Shown here: positions 1-13,384 of the stretch, in pieces
Numbering within the stretch: position 1 is the stretch's first letter
Layout: every line of letters starts with the position of its first letter
Origin: Tubulanus polymorphus
Taxonomy: Eukaryota > Animalia > Nemertea
Assembly (NCBI RefSeq): GCF_964204645.1
Contig: NC_134031.1
Span: forward strand, 12,712,088-12,776,087
Direction of reading: 5' to 3'
Length of the DNA stretch: 64,000 nucleotides
Notes under the pieces: model-generated
What the model was told of the DNA's origin: nothing
The model's input: only the letters and a program-made list of their open reading frames with translations
Database searches by the model: none
Position numbers and translations under genes: made by a program

Positions 1-1358
1 CGATAAAACCAAAATATTGAATCGTCGCGGGTGACAAACACCAAACTAATGAATTGTCGCGGGCGAAAAAACCAAAAAAAGAATTGTCGGGGCAACAAAA
101 CCAAAATAATGAATTGTCGCAGGCGATAAAACCAAAATAATGAATTGTCGCGGGTGACAAAACCAAAATGGTGAATTGTCGCGGGCGACAAAACCAAAAT
201 AAAGAATTGTCGCGGGCGACAAAACCAAAAAGAAGAATTGTTGCGGGCGACTAAACCAAAATAATGAATTGTCGCTGGCGATAAAACCAAAGTAGTGAAT
301 TGTCGTGGGCGATAAAACCAAAATATTGAATTTTCGCGGGCGACAAAACCAAAATAATGAATTGTCGCAGGCGACAAAACCAAAAAAAGAATTGTGGGGG
401 CGACAAAACCAAAATAATGAATTGTCGCGGGCGATAAAACCAAAAGGGTGAATTGTCCAGGTGACAAAACCAAAATGGTGAATTGTCGCGGGCGACAAAA
501 CCAAAATAATGAATTGTCGCGGGCGGTAAAACCAAAATGATGAATTGTCTCGGGCGATAAAACCAAAATAATGAATTGTCGCCGGCGATAAAACCAAAAT
601 AATGAATTATCGCGGGCGATTAAACCAAAATATTGAATTGTCGCGGGCGATTAAACCAAAATAATGAATTGTCGTGGGCGACAAAACCAAAATATTGAAT
701 TGTCGCGGGCGACAAAACCAAAAAAAAAATTGTCGCGGGCGACTAAAACAAAATATAAAACAAAAATAATGAATTGTCGCGGGCGACAAAACCAAAAAGA
801 AGAATTGTCGCGGGCGACAAAACCAAAAAGAAGAATTGTCGCGGGCGACAAAACCAAAATAATGAATTGTCGCTGGAGATAAAACCAAAGTAATGAATTG
901 TCGCGGGTGATAAAACCAAAATATTGAATTGTCGCGGGCGACAAAACCAAAATATTGAATTGTCGCGGGCGACAAAACCAAACTAATGAATTGTTGCGGG
1001 CGACAAAACCAAAATAATGAATTGTCGCGGGCGATAAAACCAAAATAATGAATTGTCGCGGGCGATAAAACCAAAATAATGAATTGTCGGGGGTGACAAA
1101 ACCAAAATGGTGAATTGTCGCGGGCGACAAAACCAAAATGGTGAATTGTCGAGGGCGACAAAACCAAAATAATGAATTGTTGCGGGCGATAAAACCAAAA
1201 TATTGAATTTTCGCGGGCGACAAAACCAAAATAATGAATTGTCGCAAGCGATAAAACCAAAATAATGAATTGTCGCGGGCGATAAAACCAAAATATTGAA
1301 TTGTCGCGTGTGACAAAACCAAAATAATGCATTGTCGCGGGCGACAAAATCAAAATCA
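1..1358. repeat. 31-bp tandem satellite, consensus GAATTGTCGCGGGCGACAAAACCAAAATAAT (~43 copies, continues off the left edge)
   Basis: The unit is directly visible throughout. Each unit contains the inverted repeat TTGTCGC-GG-GCGACAA. The long ORFs here are artefacts of the repeat. Confidence 0.97.
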
Positions 1359-1442
1359 TTGTTTTCTCGCGTTATTTTAGTTTTGTCGTCATGTCGCCCT
1401 CATTTGCATATTCGTGTTTTTTTAATCTTATCAGCCACCATA

Positions 1443-2490
1443 CTAAAGCCTTAAGGTCGCGTAAAACTCGATAAACACTTAAAGCGACACGGCGAACGAT
1501 CTCCTTTCCCCCACAGCGAACGCTTACTCCGAATGTCAAGTGTGAGTCCAACATACGGATAGGAGTGTGTTATATAATTGTATTTAGTAAATACCTTGTG
1601 CATTTGACAATGATCGGTATGTACTGTAGGAAATATAGAGTATTGATAAATGGTTGAAGCCCGCGGCCGAATAAAGTAATATATTCTTTTATTTTGATAC
1701 CTCGTCGACATAACAGCTTTTCTCCGCCATATCTCTTCGGCCTGTTTAGTTTAGGCCTACGATTCCCCAGTACACTAAAGATTTATCTTAGTAAATACAC
1801 GGTTAATTCGGTAAAGAAAAATAGGTATTGTTAAACTAACTCCTTGAAACCCGCAGCCAAATCACTGGTAGTAATAAATTAATTTGTACTCGATTTGATT
1901 CTCATGATGAGGAGAAACTCGCAGCTGATCCCCGGAACGACGATGTAGTAACACACGTCGATTCGTCGATGTTTACGGCTCGACAGTGCTTTTAAAATCT
2001 TTCCAGTGAATCGGTAATATGATTTGATGAGGAAAATGGGCTATTGTTAAAATCACTGTTTGAAGACCGCGACTGAATTTGAAGTCTGCGGCAATAAATT
2101 AGTTCATTTATACTTGAATTGATAATCGAAGTGACAGTCGGCCTGCGGGTTGATTTCGGGATGACGACTCGAAAAACATGTCGCCCCATTGAATGGGGCT
2201 AAATTTTCGATGTTTACGGCCCGACAGCGCTTTTGTAACGATGATTCGTGAAAAAACACGCGGGCTATTTGTAGATCTCAGTGAGCTGAACGATATTATA
2301 TGGATTGTATATGAAACAGCGGTAAGGTAACAAAGCCTATGTTCTTTTGGTAAAAATAGTGTGGAAGAAAATAACAATAATAATTAATCACGCGGATATC
2401 AATAGGGTTTTCTGTGAAATAACAGAAAACCCTAATAATCACGCGGATATCAATAGGGTTTTCTGTGAAATAACAGAAAACCCTAATAAA
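1443..2490 (-). mobile_element. ~1-kb interspersed element (DINE-1/HINE-like 5' structure), inverted copy of 6416-7436
   Basis: Reverse complement of 6416-7436 (ORFs 1992-2377 minus match 6314-6873 plus). The inner end has the hairpin TAGGGTTTTCTG-N8-CAGAAAACCCTA (tandemly duplicated, 52-bp unit at ~2385-2490) next to a (TAA)n microsatellite. Confidence 0.75.
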
Positions 2491-2899
2491 TATAGCGATA
2501 ACGGGTTTCTGCCTTTCTGGGTTAAATGTCGTACTAGGGAGGTTGCAAAAGATTTCACTGAAATCAGTTCATAATGTACCTCTATTTTGAAGTAGCGCCA
2601 CCTAGGGGTCAGCACATATCATATCATGGATACGTGGCTACTAAGTTAAAAGTACTAATGTACCAATTTAAGGGAAAACAACTTCGAGAACAACGAAAAT
2701 ACGGTGTTTTTACCATTCCCTTGTGGCAGTTGTATGAAGTTATTTAGCTGGTTTGTATACTATACATATGTATATGAACTCACTCCAAGTTTTTTGATAT
2801 CTATAATAAAATGGTTGAATTACACGCGAAAAACGGATGCAAGACTAAGTTTTCAAAACTAACTATGTGAGGGGTTTGTTGTATTTCCTCGTATTTCAT

Positions 2900-3460
2900 A
2901 TCCAGGTACATGTGTTTCAATTTTCATAGAAATCCCTTAATTCGCTTAGTCAATCAAAATGCATTACCAGCGATTTGTAGGTGGCGCTCCTGGAGAACCA
3001 TATGAGATAACTAGTCAAATCATACATCAATACAAGCGTTTCGTCAAGGGCTACTAACCACCCATTGCAACCACTATTCTATCGCCAACGGTTTATGAGC
3101 TAGGAGCAAAAATTGGTGGCTTCACAGTTCCCTGGCGGCAGTTGTATGAAAAAGCGATGCTGGAATGGTTTTTCATAAAAACACCCCCTAGTGGTTAAAA
3201 TGGGAACTAATTATGCAAGGGGATCATATTTTATAACTAGGTACATGTGTATCATTTTTTATAGAAATCCCTTAATACGCCTAGTCGATATAGATAAAAA
3301 TGTGTTTCCAGCGTTTTATAGGTGGCACTCCTGGAGAAACATATGTCTGACCAAGTTATACCTTACATCAACACAAATGTCTTGTCAAGGGCTACTGATG
3401 ACACATTGCAACCACAATCCTATCTCTTGTGGTTAAGGAGCTAGGAGGAAAAATTTCATT
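2900..3460. repeat. Degenerate tandem duplication, period ~335 bp
   Basis: AGGTACATGTGT..ATAGAAATCCCTTAAT..AGGTGGC.CTCCTGGAGAA..GTCAAGGGCTACT..CATTGCAACCAC occurs at ~2904-3110 and ~3239-3450. Confidence 0.7.
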
Positions 3461-4274
3461 TTAACAAGAGGACTTCAAAGTCCTGAGGTTTGAAGAAGCA
3501 AAGACTTATGTATAGATTATAAACTACATAAAAGAAAGGCAAATTATGAAAAGAAATTGATATTCCATTAGAGAAGTTTGTTTAAAAAAATTCAATATGT
3601 TTTTCGTTTGCATTACGCACGTGGTAATGTTATTGTCTAGATCTGACGTCATCAATAAAATGAGGCGCGCAGCTGAGCCTGCCTGTCAATCAACATAATT
3701 GGTTTACACTAAAAATGTGCTTACTTGAAAAACTATGTAGTGTATCAATCTGGAATTTTCGGCACAATATCCGATGCTAAATACCTGACTTTAAAGGTTT
3801 ATTTAGTGTAAATCGGATCGCAAATATTTCGAAAAATTTTGTTCTTAACTTTTGAAGTGGAAGCTGTTGTCGGCATCAACGTGTGTAAGGCTGTATGTAC
3901 GGGTACTGGTGCTTTAACAGGCTCAGCATTGATGGTGTATTTATGTGCAAGTAGATGTAATGATTTGTTTTAACCGCTAAATCGGCGTTCATTATGCATG
4001 ATATAAAAAAATTATATTCAAGAGTATTTGAATATATTTATCTATGGCATGGAAATACTGTCAAAATTAGAATAGCATTTTTGACGCGTCAATCGACGCA
4101 TCGTTTATATGGTCCAGATTGTTTGGGTTAAGGTTAGTTTGAGGCCATGCGTAGGTAAAACATTCCAACTGTTTTGGCTGCCTCGGTGGTCTAGCAGTGT
4201 CACTATGCTAGGGCTTTCAGGCTTGCAGGAGTTCGAATACTGTTCTTTTCTCTTTGTTGTATTTTTTCTACAGA

Positions 4275-4520
4275 TTTTTAGGCCAGCCGTAGGATGAGCC
4301 TATTACTATATAAATGGAGCGAATTTAAATGACATGGTTTCCAGAGTAAAGGCTCTTTGACTGTGCTACTGAGCATGTATTTGTACAAATCATTTATTAA
4401 AGCATTATCCATTCTCCAAACTCTACATAGCTGAATTTTGAAAGAGGGCCTCGTTAAAATTTATATTGGCTTTTTCGCCAAAATCTGATCGCTAAAATAT
4501 TGGTTTTAACGGAAAGACAA
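4275..4520 (+). mobile_element. 5' fragment of HINE family B (subTIR GGCCAGCC)
   Basis: Matches 32275-32520. Confidence 0.7.
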
Positions 4521-4961
4521 GGGAGCCAACTCTCCGTCAGATCGGTCGATAGGTATGTCACTTCAACAGTTCATAACTTCGTTATTGATAATCCAATCCG
4601 CTTCAAGTAAGATTATTCTTAAAGATAACGAATTTCCGCATTAGACTGGGTGGTTTGAGAAAGATTTGAGTGCCTTTGAGATTGTTAAATTGTTCGATTA
4701 ATCCGAAAAAATCGGCAAAATCTGTCTGTACCGCACCAGCCCTCAAATAAATATGACCATGATTTTGAAAACAAACGGCACTTTCCACCGGAAATTCTGA
4801 AATCCCGAGATTTTGTAATGGGTCTAAACATCAAATTTTTGCTCACAAATGAGGTTATAACTTTGACACGAAGTCATGCAATCTACTATGTTTATGTGCA
4901 AAATGTAGCTTCATCATGCGGCTAAAATCTGTTGGGAATGGAATTTTGAATATCATGTTCA

Positions 4962-5365
4962 TTTAAGAGAAATCGTCGAATTTGTGGCGATTTTTAAGAA
5001 ATTTCCAAGGAGCATTTTGTTTCATAAAACGTCTAGAAGGTCGTTGTACATCGTTAAATTGATGTAAAATAAATGCTCCCCGCAGTTAGCTGATCTCCCG
5101 CAGTCAATCAATGTAAGGCCATATTCGATTATACAACGCAGACAGACCGGTCTCTGCTCGGATATTCGTGTGCCATTTTTTAGGATTTACTTACTCATTT
5201 CCCAGTCATTGGACAGTCTGATTATATGTTTATTTTAAATTTGATAGTCATCGTATTGTTTCCGTCTTCCTATTGTATTATGAAAAAACCGGAGATTCAA
5301 TCGACCCGCTACATTGTCGTGGCGCGCACAATCGAATTGGCCCAGACCCGGTGCCGCGCTGAATG
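4962..5365 (+). repeat. Interspersed repeat, second copy at 11236-11650
   Basis: TTAAGAGAAATCG.CGAATTTGTGGCGATTTTTAA..AAGGAGCATTTTGTTTCATAAAACG... is shared by both copies. Confidence 0.75.
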
Positions 5366-6415
5366 ACATTAGACTGTTAGATTTTCTTTCGATTTAGCAT
5401 TTATTTTACGCAGTAAGTCATTATTTATATCGTAGAGTGCTGATGATATAGTTTACAGGATGAAGAAGTAAAGGTACACTGTCATAGACCGTAAAACTAT
5501 CATAAATTGTGAGTTTACTCAAGCGATGTGTTTCAATTCAATTTATCCAATCAATCGCCGTGTGTACTGTGTAATTAACAGGGCTTTCAAAATAATCTTT
5601 CAAAATAAGCCGTCGGCCATCGCATCCGACTGTAAGAATCCTGTGACGGCTATGAAATATCTCGTCTGATATCAATGATAGTATGAAAGCTGAGATCAGT
5701 GGCTATATTTAAATGTAGGCCTACTGCAGTCAGTGTGCATCGCATGAAAATTTGCTTCAGACGCGTGGCCTAGTTTAAGTCTCCAGGATATTGGCTCCCT
5801 TCAAAACAACTGCCAATCATACTAGCGACTGCCTGTGTTTAAGGAGTAGTGTCTATTCGATGAATTGTCTCATTTTGAGCACAGATGCACAAGGTGAAAA
5901 TTTTGTTCGGTGAACTCACGGAGACACTCGCAGAGACAATTAGTTTGGGTAGCCTAATAGCATCTATGTGCTCTTAAGCTAGCTGCTTAACCAATCAACA
6001 GTTACTAACTGCCATCACTGCAGTCAATTACACTAGCAAATCAATGATTCTGAAATTTCAATAAAGAAGTTTCCGTAACCTAAAGATAACTAATTATGAG
6101 ATATGAATTTAATGAGCTTAATATTGCTGTGAAAAAAGCACTGTGTTAGTGGTCGGGGAAAATTTTGCAACTGCTATTTCTTTGTCTGCAACTGGTATCT
6201 TTAAATCAAACTGGTGTGGTGGGTTTATAAAAAATCAAACGAAATTTACCAACCGAATAAATAATGGCCAATCCCTATTTGAATATCAAAAGAACGGAAA
6301 ACAGTGATAGGGTATGGGGTTGACAATCGTTTTGTTATCGGATTTGTACCAGTGCACAATAAAATCTTTTATAGGCTGCGTAATCGGCATTCACTATAGG
6401 TTTCACTTGTCCGTA

Positions 6416-7436
6416 TTTTTAGGGTTTTCTGTTACATCACAGAAAACCCTATTGAGATTCACGTGTTTCTTATTATTATTATTTTATGTCACACCATTTT
6501 CACTAAAAGAACATAGGCCTTGTTACCTTGCCGCTGTTGTCGATACAATCCGTATGATATCGTTCAGCTCACTGAGATCTACAAATACTCCGCGTGTTTT
6601 TTCACGAATCATCGTTATAAAAGCACTGTCGGGCCGTAAACATCGAAAATTTAGCCCCATTCAATGGGGCGACTTGTTTTTCGAGTCGTCATCCCGAAAT
6701 CAACCCGCAGGCCGATATTCACTTCGATTATCAATTCAAGTATAAATGAACTAATATATTGCCGCAGACTTCACATTCAGCCGCGGTCTTCAAACAGTAA
6801 TTTTAACAATAGCCCATTTTCCTCATCAAATCATTTTACCGATACACTGGAAATTTACTACTTTAGATTTTAAAAGCACTGTCGAGCCGTAAACATCGAC
6901 GAATCGACGTGTGTCACAACATCGTCGTTCCGTGGATCAGCTGCGAGTTTCTCCTCATCATGAGAATCAAATCGAGTACAAATTAATTTATTACTACCAG
7001 TGATTTGGCTGCGGGTTTCAAGGAGTTAGTTTAACAATACCTATTTTTCATTACCAAATTAACCGTGTATTTACTAAGATAAATCTTTAGTGTACCGGGG
7101 AGTCGTAGGCCTAAACTAAACACGCCGAAGAGATATAGCAGAGAAAAGCTGTTATGTCGACGAGGTATCAAAATAAAAGAATATATTACTTTATTCGGCC
7201 GCGGGTTCAACCTCTATATCAATACCATCAATACTCTATACTATATTACCTACAGTACATACCGATCATTGTCAAATGCACAAGCTTTTTACTCAATACA
7301 AGTATATAACACACACCTATCCGTATGCTGGACTCACACTTGACATTCGGAGTAAGCGTTCGCTGAGGGGGAAAGGAGATCGTTCGCTGTGTCGCTTGAA
7401 GATTTTATTGAGTTTTAGGCGACCTTAAGGCTTTAG
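6416..7436 (+). mobile_element. ~1-kb interspersed element (DINE-1/HINE-like 5' structure), inverted copy of 1443-2490
   Basis: TTTTT-AGGGTTTTCTG..CAGAAAACCCTATT hairpin followed by (TTA)n, then ~950 bp highly similar to the reverse complement of 1443-2390. Confidence 0.75.
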
Positions 7437-7865
7437 GCCTACCGGTACTGACCTTTAATGTCTCAAACAAACACAGTATAATTGTTGCGTTTATTAACGG
7501 ACTCATTGGATTGAACTTCAAAACAAAATTTACGATATTTAGGAGGGTTGTTATTCAATAGGCCTACGACCAATCTGTCCGGATGTTAGATCTACGCATA
7601 TACATAGGCCTACATAGGCTGGTAGCCTCTACTAGGTTAAAGCTAAGTTCACTGTAAATGAGGAATCAGATTTATTAAAATGCATGTGTAATTAGTGAGT
7701 AACTGGTTCTGACTTGCAACGATCAATCACAATTATCAAATTTATTGGCAAAAATGAAGATTTTTTTTAAATTCCGTCTGAGCAGACAGCTTTATAAGCC
7801 AGACTTTTCATTTGATTTTTTTCATCATAAATGAAACAGGTATTTCATTAATTCCTAATGACTTA

Positions 7866-8195
7866 AGCCGGACGTAGGTCGGCTTTGCAACGCCTTGTGA
7901 CTCACTGCGACGCCATTCATGGCGACCGGCAGCGACGATTGTGTCGCAACTACTCATCGACCTACGCTCCCTTGCGACGGGTTGCGACTGTCAGCAACGC
8001 CAGTCACAAGGAGTCGCACGTGTTCTACTTTCTGGGACGCGACGCGACTGTCACAACCGACCTACGCGCTCTTGGGATTGGCAGAAACTATAGTCGCAAA
8101 CAGTTACTGACAATCGTATCGCAACCGACTTGCATCGAAACTTGCGATGCAACGCAATGATCGCATCGCGTCGCAAGGCTGACCTACGTCCGGCT
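7866..8195. mobile_element. PIF/Harbinger-type MITE
   Basis: TIR AGCCGGACGTAGGTC / GACCTACGTCCGGCT. TTA TSD at 7863-7865 and 8196-8198. Internal GTCGC/GCGAC motifs. Confidence 0.85.
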
Positions 8196-8204
8196 TTAAG
8201 TTAC

Positions 8205-8715
8205 TGCGGAGGACCAGAAATATCTTCTTTTTCGCTCAAAGACCTTTTGCTTGAAAATTCTTTCGTCAGAACAAAATTTATTTCGTTCGAACTAATGATA
8301 TTCTGTTCGATTGAGCCAATTTGAAAAAATCGTTAGAACAAAGTTGAACAAACTTTTTTCTGTCCAAACGAAACGTTTTTCGTTCCAACGATCGTTCGAT
8401 CGAACAGGATCGTTTTAATTTGAACATAATTTTCTTGTCAGATCATTAAGTTTTTCGTTTGAACAAGTATATTGTAAAAAGTTTTTTCTCCGAACTAAAA
8501 GTATTAAGTAGTCCATTCAATCGAACAGAATTGTTTTCATTCAAACATTCGTTCGAAAATAATTGTTTTCGCTCAACCAAATTTTTTGCCGGGACAAAAA
8601 GTTGTTCATTTCAACAATAACATAGCTTTTTATTCGAACACATTTTTTGTCAGAATGAAGAAAAGTTTTGGTTCAAACAAAAAGCGTGTTGTTCGATCAA
8701 ACGTTTTGGAAATTT
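8205..8715. repeat. Degenerate array of short (T)CGAAC/GTTCG motifs, probably subterminal repeats of an old DNA element
   Basis: Dense recurrent TTCGAAC/CGTTCG/GAACA motifs. No termini resolved. Confidence 0.4.
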
Positions 8716-9965
8716 ACTCGGTCTGGTATATTTTGGATTACTGTGTATGTCATTTGTCAGGACATTAAACAGAAGACTACTTAGGATACTACCTTGCCTG
8801 ACTCCACTAGTTTGACCGACTTATTCCAAGATGAGGCGTTCCGTTGATTTCGGCTACAAGTTTTCGTTCAGAGATAACTGCTGAGCCATTTGGGCGACCT
8901 ATCATTGATACTGTTTCCTAATGGCCTGTTTAGTAATGGCTGATGTTGTGCCTTATCAAATGTTTTGTCGAAATCCACCGTTGAACAGCATTCTAAGACT
9001 GTGCAGAAAACCCGTTATCGCTGCTTTGCAGCTATATTTACAATTGTGACCAGGTTAAGCGTCCCTTGCCTGTTTAATGCGTCGACGATTCATACTGCTT
9101 TCCATTTCCAATTTACTGTGGACCTCTTTCCACATGGCCGACTTATGACTTACTTGTGACACAGGAACTCTCCATGTTCACGAAAAATCAAAAACGGTTT
9201 GACATGATTTCATGAAATTGTTATGGTATGTGCATGTATGGTGGTATGGTGGGGAACTCTTTTGGGGAATCTATGATTCAAGATGGCCGAATTATGACCT
9301 ATTTTTGACACGTGTACGTGATAACTAAAAAATCGTTTCAGAAAATTTCATGAAATATATATTAGATGTGTATGATAGTATGATGTAAAACCTTATTGTT
9401 TTGGGGACTTCTCCGATTCAAGATGGCCGACACCATCTACTTTTGACACGAACTTTCCGTATACACGATAACTCGAAATCCGTTTGGGATAAATTATTGC
9501 CATTTTTATGGTATGTGTATGATAATATTAAAAGGAACTGTTTTGTTCTCGGAACTTCTCCAATTCAAGATAGATGACTTATGACCTGCTTTCTGTTCAA
9601 AATGGCATGTTTTGAACTTATTGTTGTTACGCTGTCTTCTGTACATATTGTAGATGCTTCATCTGTTTCTTCACTGCCCTGGGATTTTGTGATTAAAGCT
9701 GCGTGTATGAGCGTGCATTTTGACACAACTATGTTTATTTTCTACTTGGGTCAATAGCACAGAAATCAGGAAGTTGTGTGCATGAACCGAGCATAGCAAA
9801 CTCTGGTGCATGTGGCGAATAACTTTTACTGCCATATTGCCAACAGTGATGTACGCAACTACTTATTTACACTGTTCCTATATCATGTGTTCATTAGCCC
9901 CACAATTCATTCCACATACCAGTGGTCCCACATCTGATTAGTACAACGTCTAAATGGTCCCTCAA

Positions 9966-11190
9966 TTTTTTGATGGGTTTCGTCGTCAGACGAACCCATC
10001 TATGGCATCGTCGTCATGTCTGTGTGTCTGTCTGTCCGTCTGTGGATGTTTCTTTATGTCACGATTTAAGCTGTTTGTGTGGACCGACAATTCTGTAATT
10101 TCACACAGGTATTCTCTACTTGATGTAGATGGTGCAGCTTGGTTTATATTTGATTCCGATGGTTATAAGTGCTCTAATTTGGTTAAAAGATAATTAACGT
10201 TACTCGCTAGTTCAAGCCGCTGTATAGCGCGTTGCTACGACGACGCTCGATCAACATACTGATACTCGCTGTGTAATACTGAACACGTATATACCTGTAG
10301 ATATTGATCGTACTAGCACCGGTTTTAGATAGCGCGCGCGCTGATCGGTCTTAACACTTCTCGGAACTGCTGTGCTAAATGCTGAGAGGCCGAATCTATG
10401 CGCAATCATTTATTGGGCTCGTCACATTTGATAGTGAATGGATAAATAACCGGTGTCAATGACGGTCGCTACTCCCCATCAGTATAACTCATCAGTATAA
10501 GAAATAATTCTTTCGATTTTTTTTTTCAATCCCCGAAGTTGTTGTTACTATGTTGACCTCGCCGTTTAATAAGCTTACCGATGATTCTTCTAGTATTTTC
10601 AGGGTCACAAGACATGACGAAGTCGCAAAGTTTTGTACAAATTTCACGAAACAAACAATTATTTAGGCGGCACCTGATCAATTGATTAATTATGATAAAT
10701 AATGTTTATTTCATAAAAAATTTGTTTTATTCAAACACTACTTTCATCGCACATAGCGTGATCGGTAGGCCCTACTATTCTACGATAGGTCATGGACTCT
10801 TTCATGTGGTAGGCCTATTACAAATGATACAATCCGCGTGTCCGTGAATAAGTGACACGTGGTGGGGCGGGTTGTGAGGAGCATCGAAACTAATCCGTCA
10901 CAAATAAGAGGTTAAGAGGTTAACTTTTATTAACATCATTAACAAATCAAAACCTGCACATCCTATCATAAATAGAAATTCTAAGAATTTATTTCAAAGA
11001 ATAATAAATTACGTCTAAATATTGGGATTCGAACTCGTAGCATCGATTCAGGTGCCTTTCCCAAAACGGGTATCCCGCGGGGAAAACCCATTACTATTTA
11101 TATCGAGAATCGCCTTTTTGACAGCGAGTTCGGTGAATGAAACAGAAACAATTACACAGAAACCCATCATGGAAAGTTTGTTTCTGGTTC
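9966..11190 (+). mobile_element. HINE/DINE-1-like element (subTIR GATGGGTTTC / GAAACCCATC)
   Basis: TTTTTTGATGGGTTTCGTC..GACGAACCCATC 5' hairpin, a (GTCT/GTCC)n microsatellite, and the complementary subTIR at ~11159-11168. Confidence 0.6.
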
Positions 11191-11859
11191 ATTTGACTTA
11201 TTGCGCCGAGATATAAAGATCCGTGGATCTCTTGTTTAAGAGAAATCGACGAATTTGTGGCGATTTTTAAAGAAATTTCAAGGAGCATTTTGTTTCATAA
11301 AACGACTAGAAGGCTGATGTACAAGGTTACATTGAAGTAAAATAACTGCTCCCTGCGGTTGGCTGAGCTCCCGCTGTCAATCAATGTAAGGGCATATTCG
11401 ATTGACGCAGACAAACCGGTCTATTAATCTTCTTCTATTAATCTGCTCGGTTCTAGTTTCTCATTTCCCAGTCATGGGAGTGTCTTATATGTTTATTTTT
11501 AATTTGAAAGCTGTTGTATCGATTCCGTCTCCCCATATCTATTTCATTATGCAAATAACCGAAGATTCAATCGATACGCTACTTCGCGGAAGATTATGCG
11601 CGCACAATCGAATAGGCCCAAACCTCGTGTATTGCCGCGATGATTGCTGATTAGATTTCGATGATGTTGTTCACCGAAATCAGCAGATTTTACACATCCA
11701 TGAAGTGTTCAAGGAAAACCTTAAAGATGCATCAATCAGATGGCGCCTATACATTACAAAGATAACACTCTGCGCCCGAGATATTAAGATCCGTGGATCT
11801 CTTGTTTATATATAGTACCTAGGATACTGGGGTCAAAAATTCTTTTTGTCAGGTCCCTG

Positions 11860-12340
11860 TGATTAGCACTACAGAAAATGTCATTGACAATTGTGCAAAA
11901 CACCGGGAAAAAATAGCTTTTTCTCAAATCGGATAGATGACCTTGATATGCTAATTAGCCATGTGCTAAAACTGCAAATTCAATCAAATTTTATTCTGCA
12001 AAAAAATATTAAATCCAATTCAATTTTACTTTATTGAACAAATAAAACATCAAATCCAATTCAATGTTGTTTTATTGAGCAACTTTCAGAAAATTGAATT
12101 CTATTCCGCATTAGAATCAATAAGACCAAGGGAAACGATTTATCTGAGGTATTTGTTCCTACCCGCTCCAGTCACCGCTGTCTGTGCTACTTTTGTATTC
12201 TACGGTTGTATTGTGTAAATTTAGGTATTGACTTTGAGCTGGGAGTTTATTTTGACAAATTTAACCCACAGAATGCATCATTATTTGCCATTTTTGAAAA
12301 GCTGACAGGCTGGCCATAGTGCCCCTTAGGGCTCTTGTTT
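11860..12340 (+). mobile_element. 3' part of HINE family B
   Basis: Matches 32695-33127. Ends GGCTGGCC-ATAGT-GCCCCTTAGGGC-TCTTGTTT. Confidence 0.75.
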
Positions 12341-13384
12341 GAGTCGTGGGATTAGTGTGGGATTCTAATCAGAGCAAATTACTCTGGCAAAATAGTGCCC
12401 ATATATAACAGGAATAATGCCCCCTCGATGATCCTGTACCCAAAAAGTGACCTGATCAGAATCAAGATAGCCGACTGCCGAAATCAGCAATTTTTACACT
12501 TTATTCTTTAATTTTCACGGGAAATTTTGAAGTAAGCTTTGATCAATCAATTATTCTTGTATTTGTATCTACCAAGTGCCAATCAGCTTACGAAATGGGT
12601 CTGTCGGCCACAAGTCGGCAATGTGTTACCTTTTTCGTTCCCAAAAAGGTCGACTGATTTTGGCTTCACCTTTTCGCTCTATACAAACCTTATCAGACAC
12701 TAAGGTTCGAGGTGTTATTCATGCCTGAATTCAGAGACCTTCATCCATTCTTCATTGATTCCCTATCGCCAACATAAACTCTTCAATGGTCAACCTTCAA
12801 TGGTCTAATTATTGCCCAAGGTTTCTTTGGACAGGTTGCTGCTACTAAGCGGTCACCAGTCTGTTATGTATATTATTTAACAAAATACATTGAATTGTAA
12901 CAGCTGCCGTGAAACGAAGAGCTTTCGAAGCAGCGGCAGATCTTGGAACAGCGAGCCCCGAGGGACCAGGGCCCCTTCCCCTCAAAGTTCCAAGCGTTTA
13001 TTTCTTATTTTCCCGAATACTGTCGAGCCCCTGCTTGAGAGTTGTGTTGCAATAATCTACTCACTTCAAGATTAAATTTTGAATAAAGTGAATTTGACGC
13101 GTCGATTGACGCGTCAAAAATGCTATTTTAATTTTGACAGTATTTCCATGCCATATTTATCATGATAATTATAATATTCTTAAGACAAGCGAATTACGTA
13201 TGTGGACCTATTTCATTGAGACGAATCACTCAATCTGAAAAAAAATCTTCCGATCCTGTCACGCGACTTCATGACTGCAACTTGACCATAGCTTAGGTTC
13301 TCATTCTTCGAACCAAAAATTGGGGTTCCATCGTTGAGCCCCTAGAGCCCAAATGGTAAATCGCAGATAGGGCGTGCCATTGAC

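Noticed and set aside
1-1358. CRISPR-like array or protein-coding ORFs (183-250 aa)
   Set aside because: Units are contiguous with no unique spacers and there are no cas genes in this eukaryotic context. The ORFs are translations of the satellite.
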